A stretch of 62,643 nucleotides of DNA, counting the filler, from Nemertoderma westbladi (lineage: Eukaryota > Animalia > Xenacoelomorpha): the NCBI GenBank assembly GCA_032718475.1. It is 3 parts of 3 records of this genome, joined end to end, with 100 filler letters (N's around TTAATTAATTAA, not from the genome) between each part and the next. Parts side by side here need not be neighbours in the genome. Positions count along the whole stretch, not along the records: positions 21,908 to 48,866 come from JAUCBJ010002090.1; positions 48,967 to 62,643 come from JAUCBJ010002860.1; 1 more part is not named here. The stretch is one strand, 5' to 3'. The first letter of the stretch is position 1, and every line of letters begins with the position of its first letter. The notes below the pieces were generated by a model, which did no database searches, was not told the origin of the DNA, and was given only the letters and a program-made list of their open reading frames with translations. Made by a program: the position numbers and the translations under genes. Of the stretch, positions 37,644 through 49,870 are shown one piece after another.

Positions 37644-38572
37644 CCAGTGAGATTGTTAGGAGGTCACTTAGAGCAGTATGCTTTTCAGCGGTTACACCAA
37701 TATACTAGAATATGTGCTAAAAATATAGTAATGTCTACAGCTGACGTCATATAAATTTTGTTATATATCTGGCATATAAATAAAGTATCAAAGGCGCCTT
37801 AATAGAAGGATAAACATAATATTCATAACATAATATAAGTAGGGTTTACCTTGGTTCATTTAACCTTGGAAACAAGAGTACCGTATACACACATAAATAT
37901 AACTGGAGATTTGGTTCATTTATGGCAAAAAAGAAAAAAAAAGAAAAAATAGAAACGGCAACAAAAACACCAAGTACCGAACTGGTTTATAGGGTATATG
38001 GTATATGAGGTTTATATAAATATGGCAATAGGCAAAAAATAAAAGGTAGCGAAAACATTGGGGTGGCCCTGGTGAGGCTTTTTGGTAAACATAATGTATA
38101 ACAATTTGGTTCACTTGGTATAGGTATAGTTTTCTAAAATCTTATCAATATATATATAAATGGCAATAGGCGATATATGAGGTTTATATAAATATGGCAA
38201 TAGGCAAAAATAAAAGGTGCCGTCATACCACTTGGCGGTAGCAAAAATATTGGGGCAGTCCAGGGAAGGTATAGTATCATGTATAACAACGAAAATTGGT
38301 ACGCAAAGGGTAAACATAGGGAAAAAAAAAAAAAAAAAATAGAAACCAAAAAAACTAAGAAGGATAAACAATAATCCCAAATTCTCACATGTTACTTTCA
38401 GTTGTACATATTGTACCAGTACTTTTTTAATTATTAGTAATGGGTACCGATCCCGGTCCCTCCACATAAGAGCAGGTCTCAGACTTATGTGATCCCTCCA
38501 CCATATATATACCGGTAGTAAAATAATAACTGAATAGGACTTTATTCTGCCTAATTGCTGTACTAGGACCCT

Positions 38573-39412
38573 TTAATTACCGGTAATAACTGATTCCGAT
38601 CTAAGTCGACGATTTAGAACATTTTGTTGCTGCTTTTCCACACCGTGATGAGCACCTCGACGACCGGCAGATTGTCGCGCTGTACGGGAATGACTACCAG
38701 TACCATTTACAGTAATCCAGTCGACGTCAACGTCAGGATTATTACTACCGGTCGCCTGGGTACCATCAGGAGATCTATATTTTTCGAGATCGGCGATTGT
38801 AGAAACGGATATTGCTCTTGAGTTCTCAACATGGCGAATTAATATTTGCCCATTGTATGAGTAAGCCGCGTAGATAAAACCTTCTCTTTTCAGGACCTTT
38901 GCTTCCCGCAGAAGAGCAGCGCGGTGCGTTGTCAGATGGTCAGTGAAATACGCACCACTGGGGAGCTTGTGGTCAACACCGGCCTTAAAGGCAGAAGACC
39001 TAGCCGAATGACCATATAGACGAATAAGTATAGCGCGCGGTTTATCAGAAGCAGTAGGCCTGGACTTTTTTGGCCCTTGTCTATGGAACACATCTACGCG
39101 ATCCGGTCCTAAATCGATTCCAGAAAGGATTTTCTTGATATCTTCGCGATCCTCTGACTGTGCGAGTTTCTCTGGTACTCCGTGAAGTAGAATGTTATTT
39201 CTTCTAACATATTGGGCTAAATCGTCGTTGGCCCTGTCTAACGCTGTAACTTTTTTTTCTAAGACCTCGTTTCTCTGTTCCAAAACATTTACTGCAGATT
39301 TTAACCCCGCTAGGTTTTTAGTGTTTTCCTCTATAGCAGATGTTTTAACTTGGAGATCGGATATTTGTTTTTGTATAGAGTCCAGCTTCTTTAGGATCTC
39401 GGCGGCCTCCAT
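38573..39412 (-). CDS. LINE ORF1: coiled coil plus L1-ORF1/FP25K-like RNA-binding domain (279 aa)
   Basis: Heptad-rich N-terminus, QYVRRNNILLHGVPE, HR.G, PRAILIRL, YFTDHLT, GQILIR. Confidence 0.88.
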   Translation of the reverse strand: MEAAEILKKLDSIQKQISDLQVKTSAIEENTKNLAGLKSAVNVLEQRNEVLEKKVTALDRANDDLAQYVRRNNILLHGVPEKLAQSEDREDIKKILSGIDLGPDRVDVFHRQGPKKSRPTASDKPRAILIRLYGHSARSSAFKAGVDHKLPSGAYFTDHLTTHRAALLREAKVLKREGFIYAAYSYNGQILIRHVENSRAISVSTIADLEKYRSPDGTQATGSNNPDVDVDWITVNGTGSHSRTARQSAGRRGAHHGVEKQQQNVLNRRLRSESVITGN

Positions 39413-39667
39413 TTCTCAGTGTGCTGTTGCCCTTCTCAGAGGGATTGCTGGATTGAGTGAGTGTAAGCTAAGATTACAGGATTAATTATTTAGCGAACCC
39501 AGTACCTAATTTAAAGCGCCATTGGTAATATATCCGTAGGGTGTAGGATAGTTTGACCAGTTTCTTTACATCATAGTAAAGTGTAGATTGTACCGTGGAG
39601 ATCACAGATTATTGCCATACATCCTGATTGACGACCTCTATGAATTCTACAATACTGCAATTGAATA

Positions 39668-41611
39668 ATGAAAGATCATATACGTTCCTTATCTATGAAC
39701 GAGCTCAAAGGAGTATTGGAAGAACATGGACTCGAGACACAAGGTACAAGAGCGGAACTTCTCTTGCGATGCGAACGTGTTGTGTTAGATGAACCCAGCT
39801 TACCCTTGATCCAATCTACAAATACTGATGAAGATATTAACAACAGTCTAGATACAATTTTTACTGTTACAGAGGATAGGGAGTCAGATGTTCTCGAAGT
39901 GGGGGTAGGTCCGCTGTTCGTTCATAACGATGGAAACAGCCATAAAACGTTCACTTGGGACGAATCAATCTCATTTGATGATCAATTATTACCAACGTGT
40001 AGACCACCGAACTCACACGCATCAACACAACTACCGGTACCGGTAGCACGAATACTCGAAAGGTTAGATTCATTAGAGAAAAACGCGGACTCTGATAGAA
40101 AAACTATCGCTAAACTACAGATGCAAATAGTTGTTCTACAAAAATCAACCAATGACACAAACGATATGGTCTTCCAACACTTAGCGCCTGTCATACATGG
40201 CCATATCATAAACCCCAGTCCTGCGCTAACCACCGATCCCGCGCTCACAGCCGGTCCCGCACACTCCGCCGGTCACGCGCACTCTGCCGGTCCCGCGGTC
40301 AACACTGGTCCCACGCTCACCACCGGTCCCACGCACTCCGCCGATCCCGCGCTCACCACTGGTCCCCCGCATTCCGCTGGTCCCACGCACTCCGCCGGTC
40401 CCGCGCACTCCGCCGGTCCCGCGCACTCCGCCGGTCCCGCGCACTCCGCCGGTCCCGCGCACTCCGCCGGTCCCGCGCACTCCGCCGGTCCCGCGCACTC
40501 TGCCGGTCCTGCGCTCACCGCCGGTTCCGCGCCCAACACTGGTCCCGCGCACTCCGCCGGTTCCGCGCTCATTACCGGTCCCGCACACTCCGCCAGTTCC
40601 GTGCTCAACACCGGTCTTGCTCACTCCGGCGGTTCCACGCTCAACACCGGTCCCGTGCTCACCACCGGTCCCGCGCACTCCGCCGAGCCCCCGCTCACGA
40701 CCGGTCCCACGCATTCCGCCGGTCCCGCGCATTCCACCAGTCTCGCACACTCTCACAGTTCTTCATACATTCCAAAGCGAAGAAATCCCGCTTCTGATTG
40801 TCTAATTATCGGTAGCTCTCTCTACCGTCATGCTGATCCACGTTCAATAGGTACATCGGCGCAAGTTCACTCTTACTCCGGATTATCCTTTGCCACAGCA
40901 CCTCCTCTTATTAATAACTATAGCACCGAACACCTACAATCAGTTGTCTTGGGATTGGGTACGAACGACCTCGGAGGTACAATCCCGACAATAATGGGAA
41001 ACGTTAAAGCTACAACAGATTCTGTTCTCGCAAAGTTTTCCCCAACTAATATATACATAGTGGAGCTTATTCCAAGTACAAAGATCAGCACCCTAGAGAA
41101 AATGATGAAACTAAACTCTGAGCTAAAATCATTTACAATGGAAAATAACATTCACCTAATCCCAGCGTGGGACAGTTTCATGGCTAACAACAACGTTGTT
41201 CTTTCAACAGCACTCGCTAGGGATGGATTACACCTATCTCGCCAAGGGATATCGATGCTTACTAACTGTATTTCGAGAGCATTAAATTGTAACGTTCGCG
41301 AAAAGTTTACAGACATAGTACGACGAGAGCGACCAAAACCGTCTCAGAGATTGCCGGCTTTTCCAACATATAGGAGTGCACAGTCTACTGCACCTTACAA
41401 CATGAGGAGCCCAAACCAACTACGCGACTATAACATCCAACGTCCTACTGCTGCTTCTATTTGGGGCAGCGATTTCAGTTCTCGAAACACTAACTACGAT
41501 TACAACCCCACCCTCAACCGACCTCAAACAGCCCCTTGGGTTGCAGACATGACGGCAGCTATCTCTCGTGCAGTCACTAATGCTATCTCAGGAGTAATGC
41601 AAAGCAGGTAG
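39668..41611 (+). CDS. LINE ORF1: SAP-like domain, coiled coil, (AGPAHS)n repeat, SGNH esterase (647 aa)
   Basis: LSMNELKGVLEEHGLETQGTRAELLLR; LIIGSS, GLGTNDL, RDGLHL. Confidence 0.88.
   Translation: MKDHIRSLSMNELKGVLEEHGLETQGTRAELLLRCERVVLDEPSLPLIQSTNTDEDINNSLDTIFTVTEDRESDVLEVGVGPLFVHNDGNSHKTFTWDESISFDDQLLPTCRPPNSHASTQLPVPVARILERLDSLEKNADSDRKTIAKLQMQIVVLQKSTNDTNDMVFQHLAPVIHGHIINPSPALTTDPALTAGPAHSAGHAHSAGPAVNTGPTLTTGPTHSADPALTTGPPHSAGPTHSAGPAHSAGPAHSAGPAHSAGPAHSAGPAHSAGPAHSAGPALTAGSAPNTGPAHSAGSALITGPAHSASSVLNTGLAHSGGSTLNTGPVLTTGPAHSAEPPLTTGPTHSAGPAHSTSLAHSHSSSYIPKRRNPASDCLIIGSSLYRHADPRSIGTSAQVHSYSGLSFATAPPLINNYSTEHLQSVVLGLGTNDLGGTIPTIMGNVKATTDSVLAKFSPTNIYIVELIPSTKISTLEKMMKLNSELKSFTMENNIHLIPAWDSFMANNNVVLSTALARDGLHLSRQGISMLTNCISRALNCNVREKFTDIVRRERPKPSQRLPAFPTYRSAQSTAPYNMRSPNQLRDYNIQRPTAASIWGSDFSSRNTNYDYNPTLNRPQTAPWVADMTAAISRAVTNAISGVMQSR
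40220..40750 (+). repeat. 18-bp in-frame GC-rich coding minisatellite (GCCGGTCCCGCGCACTCC), about 29 units
   Basis: Directly visible inside ORF1. Confidence 0.95.
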
Positions 41612-41781
41612 TCGCATCCACACCACATACAGCTCCGCGGTTTTTCATTCAATTTATCCATATTCTAGAATTTCTGTTTTTCTTTTCTTCTCTCTATGTT
41701 TTTATTAACTATATTTTATCAGCTCATAATGAAGCTCAATAATCGCTATAAGCCCTTTTTTATATATGAATTAAAATAAAT

Positions 41782-44700
41782 ATGTTTTTAACCTATAATA
41801 AGCAATGGATAATGATCGTACTCTTATTATCTTACATTTTACTGAATTATGTATGTTATTTTTCCCAGTTATTACCCGGTCTGCCTCCAATGAACCCTTC
41901 ACGTAATATTTCTCAAAATGAGAATCCCAGGAACATATCTATTAATCTAATAGTAAGTCAACCATCATTGACCAATAACTTACAAACCATTACAGTTATT
42001 GCCAACAATGAGTTTGATATCAATAATAAATATAAATCACATTATAACTTATTTTCCTGGCCTTCTCTAGTTCTCTTTGTTGATACTCTGGTGCAACCCA
42101 TTTACGGGTTCTGGTATATTTTGAGTACATCACTGTTTACGATAATCTTATTAAATGCTGCACTTATTGCTATAATTTTTTCTATAACAAAATTGAAGCA
42201 CAACAAAAATTTACATCAAATAACCTTCTTAAATCTAATTAAATGTACGATGAATATACCAACCAATATTATATTCTGTTTCTGCAACCTTGCCGGGCTG
42301 TGGATTGTTTTGTTTGTATGTAGCTTTATATTACCTAACTTAAAGTCATCACATTCATCAACTTTAAAATTTTTATTGGTTTTCCAACAAATGATTCAAA
42401 CTTTTTTACTTATTATGTTCTTATTACTAAAAAAACTCGTGCGTCATACACATCGTGAACCTTTTAGTAAACTTACCCAAAATACTCTACTACGATTTTT
42501 ATTACACCAGTTTCGTACAAACTTATTTAAAGTATCCAAACGACCAGCGCAAATTAATTTAGACAGCAGAACTAATTTAACTATAAAAGAGGCAAGCATA
42601 GTCAACATTATATTAATTATTATTATCCTAAACAATCCAATTTATTTTACAACAATCAAAAATAATATACCAACATTCGTCCGTAGACCGAAATTAAATA
42701 AAGTTAACAAGAAATTATTGTTACTCATATTGCGTAGCTTAGCATTATCATTCACTTTGTACCGTACTACAATTTTAGATACACTTTTTATACTATCAAT
42801 TACAATTAACCTATTACTCCTTAAGGCAGGTGATATTCATTCTAATCCCGGGCCACAGAGGCAACAAAATAAAACATCTAATAGGAATAAGCAGAAAGTA
42901 GAATCTAACAAAATATTTAACTACAAGCAAAAATTGCAACAAAAATATAATATACACAACTATATTAATGAAAGTAAAAATAATACCAAATTTTTGCATA
43001 TAAACGCAAGAAGTCTCGTAAAAAACTCAGAGCATCTAAAAGAACTAGCTAAGGGCGCCCCCAACTTAATATTATCCGTCTCAGAATCGTGGCTCAAGAA
43101 ATTTCACCACAACTCGGTTATCAATATACCTGGTTACACAACATACAGACGGGATCGGAGAAACAAAAAAGGGGGTGGTTTAATAGTATATATTCCCGAA
43201 GGACTAAGTAGTAGGGTTCGCACAGATATTAAAGAAAATAATAAACTAGAATCTATCTGGATCCAAATTGAAACGACATTATTATGTACAGTATATAATC
43301 CCCCCAGAGCAAACAAGTCTGAGTTCATAAACGAAATATCAGAGGAAATTGAAACAGCCTTGCTATTGGAACCGAATGCTAAAATAATCATTCAAGGTGA
43401 CCTTAATATTAATATTCTAAGTACAAATGCACCAAGTTCAAAGGAACTAATATCCACATTAGATACACTTGGCTTAACTACCCATAACAGGTCTGAACCA
43501 ACGAGATACAGTAGAAAATCAGCAACATTACTAGACCTGGTAATAACAAACTTAGATCACAACATCGTCCAAGAATGTAAAGTTTTCCCATGCTTCTACT
43601 CAGATCATGAGTATACTGTACTAACACTCACAACAAACCTTTTCTCAAACAAGCAGAGCTCCAATAAATCAGACAATAAATGGATAAATTTCAGGGACTT
43701 TAATAAATTCAACAATTCGGCCTTTTTGGCAGATATTAACAGCGTAAATTGGGGAAATTTATATCTTGTAACTGATATTGACAAAAAAATTGAAATTTTT
43801 GAACAAACACTTGAACATATACTTAATAACCACGCACCAATAAAGCGTAAACTAGTAAAGCATTCAAATAAATACAAAACTACGTCAGAGTGGGAGTGTA
43901 CAGAGCTGGAAACACTAAGGAATAACAAATATAATGCACTTCACATTTGGCGGAGAACTAAAACAGTTACTGCATTTGATGAATATAAAAACGCCAGAAA
44001 CAGATTTAATTGCGCTAATAAATACCTAAAAAATAAATACATGCAAAATAAATTCCTTAATCAAACAACCTCAAGGGGGCGCTGGAATGTCATAAATACA
44101 ATACTAGGAAGATACAAAATAAACTCAACTGTAAATGAAGTAAAACATAAGGGGACGTTACACACGGACAAAAAAATTATTGCAACAATATTCAACGAAG
44201 TTTATATCAACCTAGGTAAATTTATAACCAATGGCAATCCAGCTCATTCAAGTATAGGGAGATGCAGTATATCTGGTAAGAAACTTAAAACTACATTCAT
44301 ATTTGCAAACATCTCACCATTACTAACACACCAAATAATATCAAAACTAAAAGAAGATAAACCTAGTGGCCCATCAAATATTCCAATAAAAATACTTAAA
44401 TTGTTAAACCCCAAAATCGCTATAATTTTAACACATATATTCAACTGCTGTCTAACTCAATCATATTTCCCGAACAGACTCAAACAGGCAATTGTCATCC
44501 CGATCTACAAAAAAGAAGACATATTAGATCCAACAAATTACAGACCGATATCAATTATTCACCCACTGGCAAAATTACTCGAAAAAATTATAGCACTGCA
44601 AATTCAACAATATATAAAACGCAACAATTTGCTGTTTTCTCGTCAGTTCGGTTTTCGTGCTGGTTATTCAACAACAGACACTGTTGTCTATCTAAGTGAA

Positions 44701-45886
44701 TGTTGGAAAGCAGCACTAAACTCGAATAACTATGTAGCGATAGGATTTTTAGACTTAAGTAAAGCATTCAATTCGGTCGATTACAAAACCCTATTAGAAA
44801 AATTATCGAATATTGGTTTCGAACAAACAGCTATAAGTTTAATTCATAGCTACTTAGAAAACAGAAAACAACGAGTAAAACTAAACAATGTATTGTCCCC
44901 ATGGGCAACAGAAAAAAGAGGTGTACCACAGGGCACACTTTTAGGCCCTCTACTCTTTTCTCTTTACACAAATGACTTTCCGGAACATTTACCTAATACT
45001 TCAAATATAACCTTTTATGCGGACGATACCGTTATGTATGCAACCGACAAAGACCCTCACACAGCAACATCTATTCTGGAACAAAATATTAATCATATTT
45101 CGGAAATATATGCAAAAAACAGTCTACAAATGAACAAAACTAAAACAGAATTTTTACTTCTCTCACCACGCAAAAACGACAAACAAACTAAAAATATAAC
45201 ACTCAATATTCAGGACTCTCCAAAATTAGATCAAAGCAAAACAGTTAAATACTTAGGTGTCCATATAAATACTTCTCTTGATTGGAAAGAGCAAATAGAT
45301 AAAGCACTGCAAAAAATGTCAATTGCACTATCATCCTTCAGAAAAATAAAAGGCCAACTTCCGACAGCCACCAAAATAAATATATATAAATCATTAATAT
45401 TGCCTCACCACCACTACTGCTGCATATTGCTTCACTCCTTACATCAACGTCATGGCTATAATAATATACTTTATAAGTTCGAAAAAATACAGAATATGGC
45501 ACTGCGAACCATCTACGGCACTAAAATAAGAGATAAATCTGGTTCTGAATTACGTAGGAAAGCAAAAATTCCTTTAATCTCGGCCTATAGAGATAAATTT
45601 CGCAATTAATTTCTTTTTCAAATATATAAATAATTTAAGTGTCCCTTTCCAACAATTAGAACTGCATCTACTAAAACACAATGACACAAAGTTAAACACA
45701 AGAACTTTCAAAATTAAAATCCCCGCAACTAAAAATACTCATGGTTACAATAGTTTAACACTAAATCTAATCAGACACTGGAATGCTCTCCCTCTAGACA
45801 TTAGGAAAATCAATAAATTATCACTCTTTGAAAACAAAGTAAGAAATCATTTTCTAACTCGCTACGCCCGTGAAGAAATTACATAA
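41782..45886 (+). CDS. LINE ORF2: hydrophobic leader, 2A-like motif, APE, RT; one +1 frameshift near 45600
   Basis: LLLLKAGDIHSNPGP (to 42855); HINARSL, SESWL, GDLN, LDL, SDH; NYRPIS, QFGFR, DLSKAF, GVPQG, YADDT; C-terminus (...WNALPLDIR...) continues in frame 45602-45886. Confidence 0.9.
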
Positions 45887-46458
45887 TTATTTAATCACAG
45901 ACGGAAACTAATAAACACAATTACAATATTATAAATTCAAATGATTGACCTGCAAATTAAACTTGTAAAGCCCGGCATTGTTATTGTGTTATTGTTATTG
46001 TTATTGCGTTCAGTTATTGTTTTTGTTGTTGTGTTGTGTATTATAACTCTGTGTTGTATATTGGCTATATTTGTGATGTTGTTTTGTGTTGTTTGGTTTT
46101 GTTATTGTAGTTACCTACAGGGTGAGGCGGCTAGACGGGTTGCTATTGTCAGTAATTGTTACATTTATGTATTTATACTGTACGTAGTCTTTAATATTTG
46201 TACTAACAGGTTGTCTTGGACAGCCTCTAACTGACGCTTATTAACGTAACTATCAGTACTCTCCTTTGTACTGCCTTTGGTGTCACTTTTCGAAGCACGC
46301 TAAAGTATTGTTAATAAAAGAACGATCTTATCTTATCTTATCATAGCAATCAGACAGTCAGCTGTCAGACAACAGATGTTAGGCCTGCATCGTGCAGTAC
46401 AGCAGTACTGTATACAGCAGTACCACACAGCAGTACGTTTTACACAGTACGACAGCAC

Positions 46459-48669
46459 ATCTAAAACTGTTCCTGTACTACCAAGGGCGAAGTGGTATAA
46501 TGTAGATATAGCGAATGAGAAAAGGAAGAGGAGGAGACTGGAGCGAAGATATAGAAAGTCCAAACTAAGTGTTGACTGTATAATATTGTATAGACAACAA
46601 TGCAAAGTGGTGGTGGACACAATCATTTCAGCAAAGGAATCTTTTTATATAAATATTATTAATGAAAATTCAGGAGATCAGAAAACACTGTTTTCTGTGG
46701 CAAACAAAATTCTCTACAGACACAACAGCAGCACACTCCCGACTCATGACTCAGACCTTCAGCTGGCAAATATGTTCGCCGACTATTTTTGACAAGAAAA
46801 TTAATGATATACGTGAAACTTTAACGACTGAGCAGGTAGTTACTAAAAGAAAGTGTGCATTGTTGTAACCAACAAGACCCGCATCTGCACGTTAACCCAC
46901 CCGTTGCCAACTTTGAGCAATCCGATCCACTTGTTGACATTAAGATTCCATTTAGTAAAGGTGATCCTTTACAACGATTCTCTGAAATCTCACCGGAAAC
47001 TACTGAATCTCTAATTAAAGAATCAAGTCAAAATCAAGTCAAGGTCAAAATCAAGTCCACGTGATCCAATTCCAACAAAATTAGTTAAACTGTCAATGGC
47101 ACTATTGTTACCAATTATAACAATGATTATAAATATATCATTGACGATGGCAACTGTCCCCACAATGTTCAAAGAAGCGATTATTACCCCAGTGCTGAAG
47201 AAGATGAGGTTGGATCCTGAGATTTTAAAACATGTTCGGCCTGTTTCAAATCTATTGTACATCGCTAAACTCTGTGAGAAAGTGATATCTATCCAACTCA
47301 TGCGACACCTGAACTTAAATGGACTACATGAACCCTTTCAAAGTGCCTACCGCCAATACCATGGCACCGAAACTGCTCTACTAGTTGTGACTGATGGGAT
47401 ACTGAGGGAAATCGACAACGGATCGGCTGTACTTAATGCTAATGCTTGACCTTAGTGCTGCATTTGATACGGTAGAACATATAGTAAACTGTTGCACATC
47501 CTGGAATTAGAGATTGGAGTAACTGGTAATGCCATAGAATGGTTTAGATCATATCTATCCGATCGTACGCAGGAAGTTCGCATTGGTCGATCTTACTCAA
47601 AGCGCAATGCCCTTAAATATGGCTTGCCCCAAGGCTCCGTTTTGGGGCCGCTTCTATTTAGTATATACACTCGCAGTCTTTCAACTGTTATAAGAAAGCA
47701 CGGTCTAACCTACCACCTTTACGCAGATGACACACAAATCTACATTGCCTTTAAGCCTGAATGTGTATAGAATCAGTAGTTGGAGTTACTGATAATTATC
47801 TACGTAACATAAAGACATGGATGAGGTCTAACCTATTAAAGATGAATGATGATAAGACCGAGTTACTCCTATTGCAGAATCGTTTCGGATGCCACGTAGT
47901 CCCTCCGACAGTTCAATGTGGTGCTGACACAATAGTGACTAGCACGTAATATTGGGTGTGTTATGGACTCACACTTAACATTTTCAACGTAATATATCAA
48001 AGATGAAACGGTATTTGTCCAGACACGACCTCGAAATATTGATTCATGCCCTAGTGACAGGCAAACTGGGCATCAACAACTCCCTCTATTATGGTCTGCC
48101 AGTTAAGTTCATAAAGAAATTACAAACAAAACGTACAGAATGCGGCAGCACGATTGCTGGCTGGTACTAGGAAGAGAGACCACATTACTCCAGTCATTAA
48201 AGACCTGCATTGGCTTCCGATTAATCGCCGCATTCAGTTTAAAATAGCTCTCTTAACATACAAATGTCTTAATGGCTGTGCTCCATCATATTTGGTAGAC
48301 CTACTGACGCCTTACGACCCCCCTCGCCTGCTACGATCCCGTGATGCAGGGCTGCTAGTCGTCCCCCGGTATCGCCTGGGAAACGGGCATTCTCCATCGC
48401 TGCTCCTACAGTATGGAACACTCTACCCCTCAACTTACGACGTTCGCCAACATTAAATGCCTTCAAGGCGGGACTCAAAACACATATTTTTAAACAGGAA
48501 TATGTCATCTAACTCACAGAGAACATATATTTTTAACTCTTTCCTTTTTTAGCGTTGTCTTTGTTTTTAATGCAGTAAATTTTATATTGTGATATTTTTT
48601 ATAGCGCCTTGAAATAATGCCCAGAAAGGCGCTCTATAAATTATTATTATTATTATTATTATTATTATA
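46459..48669 (+). pseudogene. L2-like LINE, right part: degenerate RT and 3' end with (ATT)n tail
   Basis: RPVSNL, FQSAYR..HGTETAL, DLSAAFDTV, GLPQGSVLGP, YADDTQIY, HITPVIKDLHWLP; many stops/frameshifts; 3' stem-loop AGCGCCTT...AAGGCGCT. Confidence 0.92.
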
Positions 48670-48866
48670 ACCTAGTATTAATCGGTACAACCTATCCAGG
48701 GCAGGTACATTTATTATTATTATTATTAATAAGTTAAATCCTGTTAAAATATAGTGAAAATGGTTATTTTTAGTAGGTCTATAAACGACTCATTGTTATT
48801 ATGAGATAAGATTAAGAATGCCTGATGGTGATTATTTAATAAATATAATCCCAGTTTAGTGTTGTG

Positions 48867-48966
48867 NNNNNNNNNNNNNNNNNNNNNNNNNNNNNNNNNN
48901 NNNNNNNNNNTTAATTAATTAANNNNNNNNNNNNNNNNNNNNNNNNNNNNNNNNNNNNNNNNNNNN
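48867..48966. other. Assembly gap with artificial linker
   Basis: N44-TTAATTAATTAA-N44. Confidence 0.97.
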
Positions 48967-49235
48967 AGATGGATTCGCCTCCTTTGAAAGTCACAGCTAA
49001 TGGTCTAATACATATCTGCCAAGTTTCAGCTTAAACGGATTAAAAGCAAAGAAATGGGAGGGCATTTAATGTTTAGACATGTGGCCCTCTAGCGGGAGAC
49101 CATTGCACTGATGGTGTCTGAAAGTCTCTCAAAAATCTCAACTTTTGCTCATATTGATACCTACAAATTTTCAACTTGGCAGCTTTAAATCCGACAAAGT
49201 TATTAGCATGTCAAAATCGTAACGACGACGACGAC

Positions 49236-49267
<32 letters not shown>

Positions 49268-49346
49268 CAACTATTTGCATAAATTGACCAACCCCCTAAC
49301 AGTGTCAATTCGCTAAGGCTCCGTCAACCTCGTGGCTCGCCCCACA
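48967..49346 (+). mobile_element. Helentron-like non-autonomous element end with (GAC)n microsatellite
   Basis: CCAAGTTTCAG and CCCTCTAGCGG as in 3-480; terminus CGCTAAGGCTC...CGTGGCTCGCCCCACA as at 2370 and 3901. Confidence 0.7.
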
Positions 49347-49870
49347 TATAGTACAGTATTACTGTAAAAGCTTGGTTCCGGTTTATTTTTCGCCGGTATG
49401 GTCTAATATGTCAGGATGTTGCAGGCAGACTGTTAAACTCGCCACTATCGCATTGGTCTGGGAATAAATCAGATTTTTATAACGAACCTCCCTATTAATA
49501 GGCCAGGGTATTTTTTGTCAAGAGTTGAGCCGTTCAAAAACACGATGTGGTTATGATTATGTATGTATAACCATCCAATATCTCAAAAACTCAAGCAGGT
49601 ACGCAACAATTTTAATAACAAACTCTACATAAATTTTGGTTGCGCACAAGCTCATGTCGAATTTCACCGATTTCAACTCGTCGAGTATGCACCAACTTTT
49701 TTATTTGCGCTATTCAGTCACTTGAGCAACATATTTATTTGTGCCTCATAATCTTTTCAAATATCACCAATCTCGCACAGAACGTCGCCAAAATTTGTTA
49801 GTCCGGCAAAAAAACGCACAAATTCGTCTAAAGAGTAAATTATTGGTTAAAGCAGAATAATATGATTGAA

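Larger units (their letters stand above)
39577..46339 (+). mobile_element. Full-length CR1/L2-group LINE nested in the 5' UTR of the minus-strand LINE
   Basis: TSD ATCATAG at 39570-39576 and 46340-46346; AATAAA at ~46313 and (ATCTT)n tail; ORF1 and ORF2. Confidence 0.88.
33836..46458 (-). mobile_element. Full-length CR1-group (CR1/Crack/Daphne-like) LINE inserted in the L2; its 5' UTR is split by another LINE
   Basis: TSD ATCTA at 33831-33835 and 46459-46463; (TAAA)n-like tail at 33836-33862; intact ORF1 and ORF2. Confidence 0.85.

Noticed and set aside
40226-40756. Antisense ORFs (GGVRGT)n and (AGPAEC)n
   Set aside because: By-products of the 18-bp GC-rich repeat.
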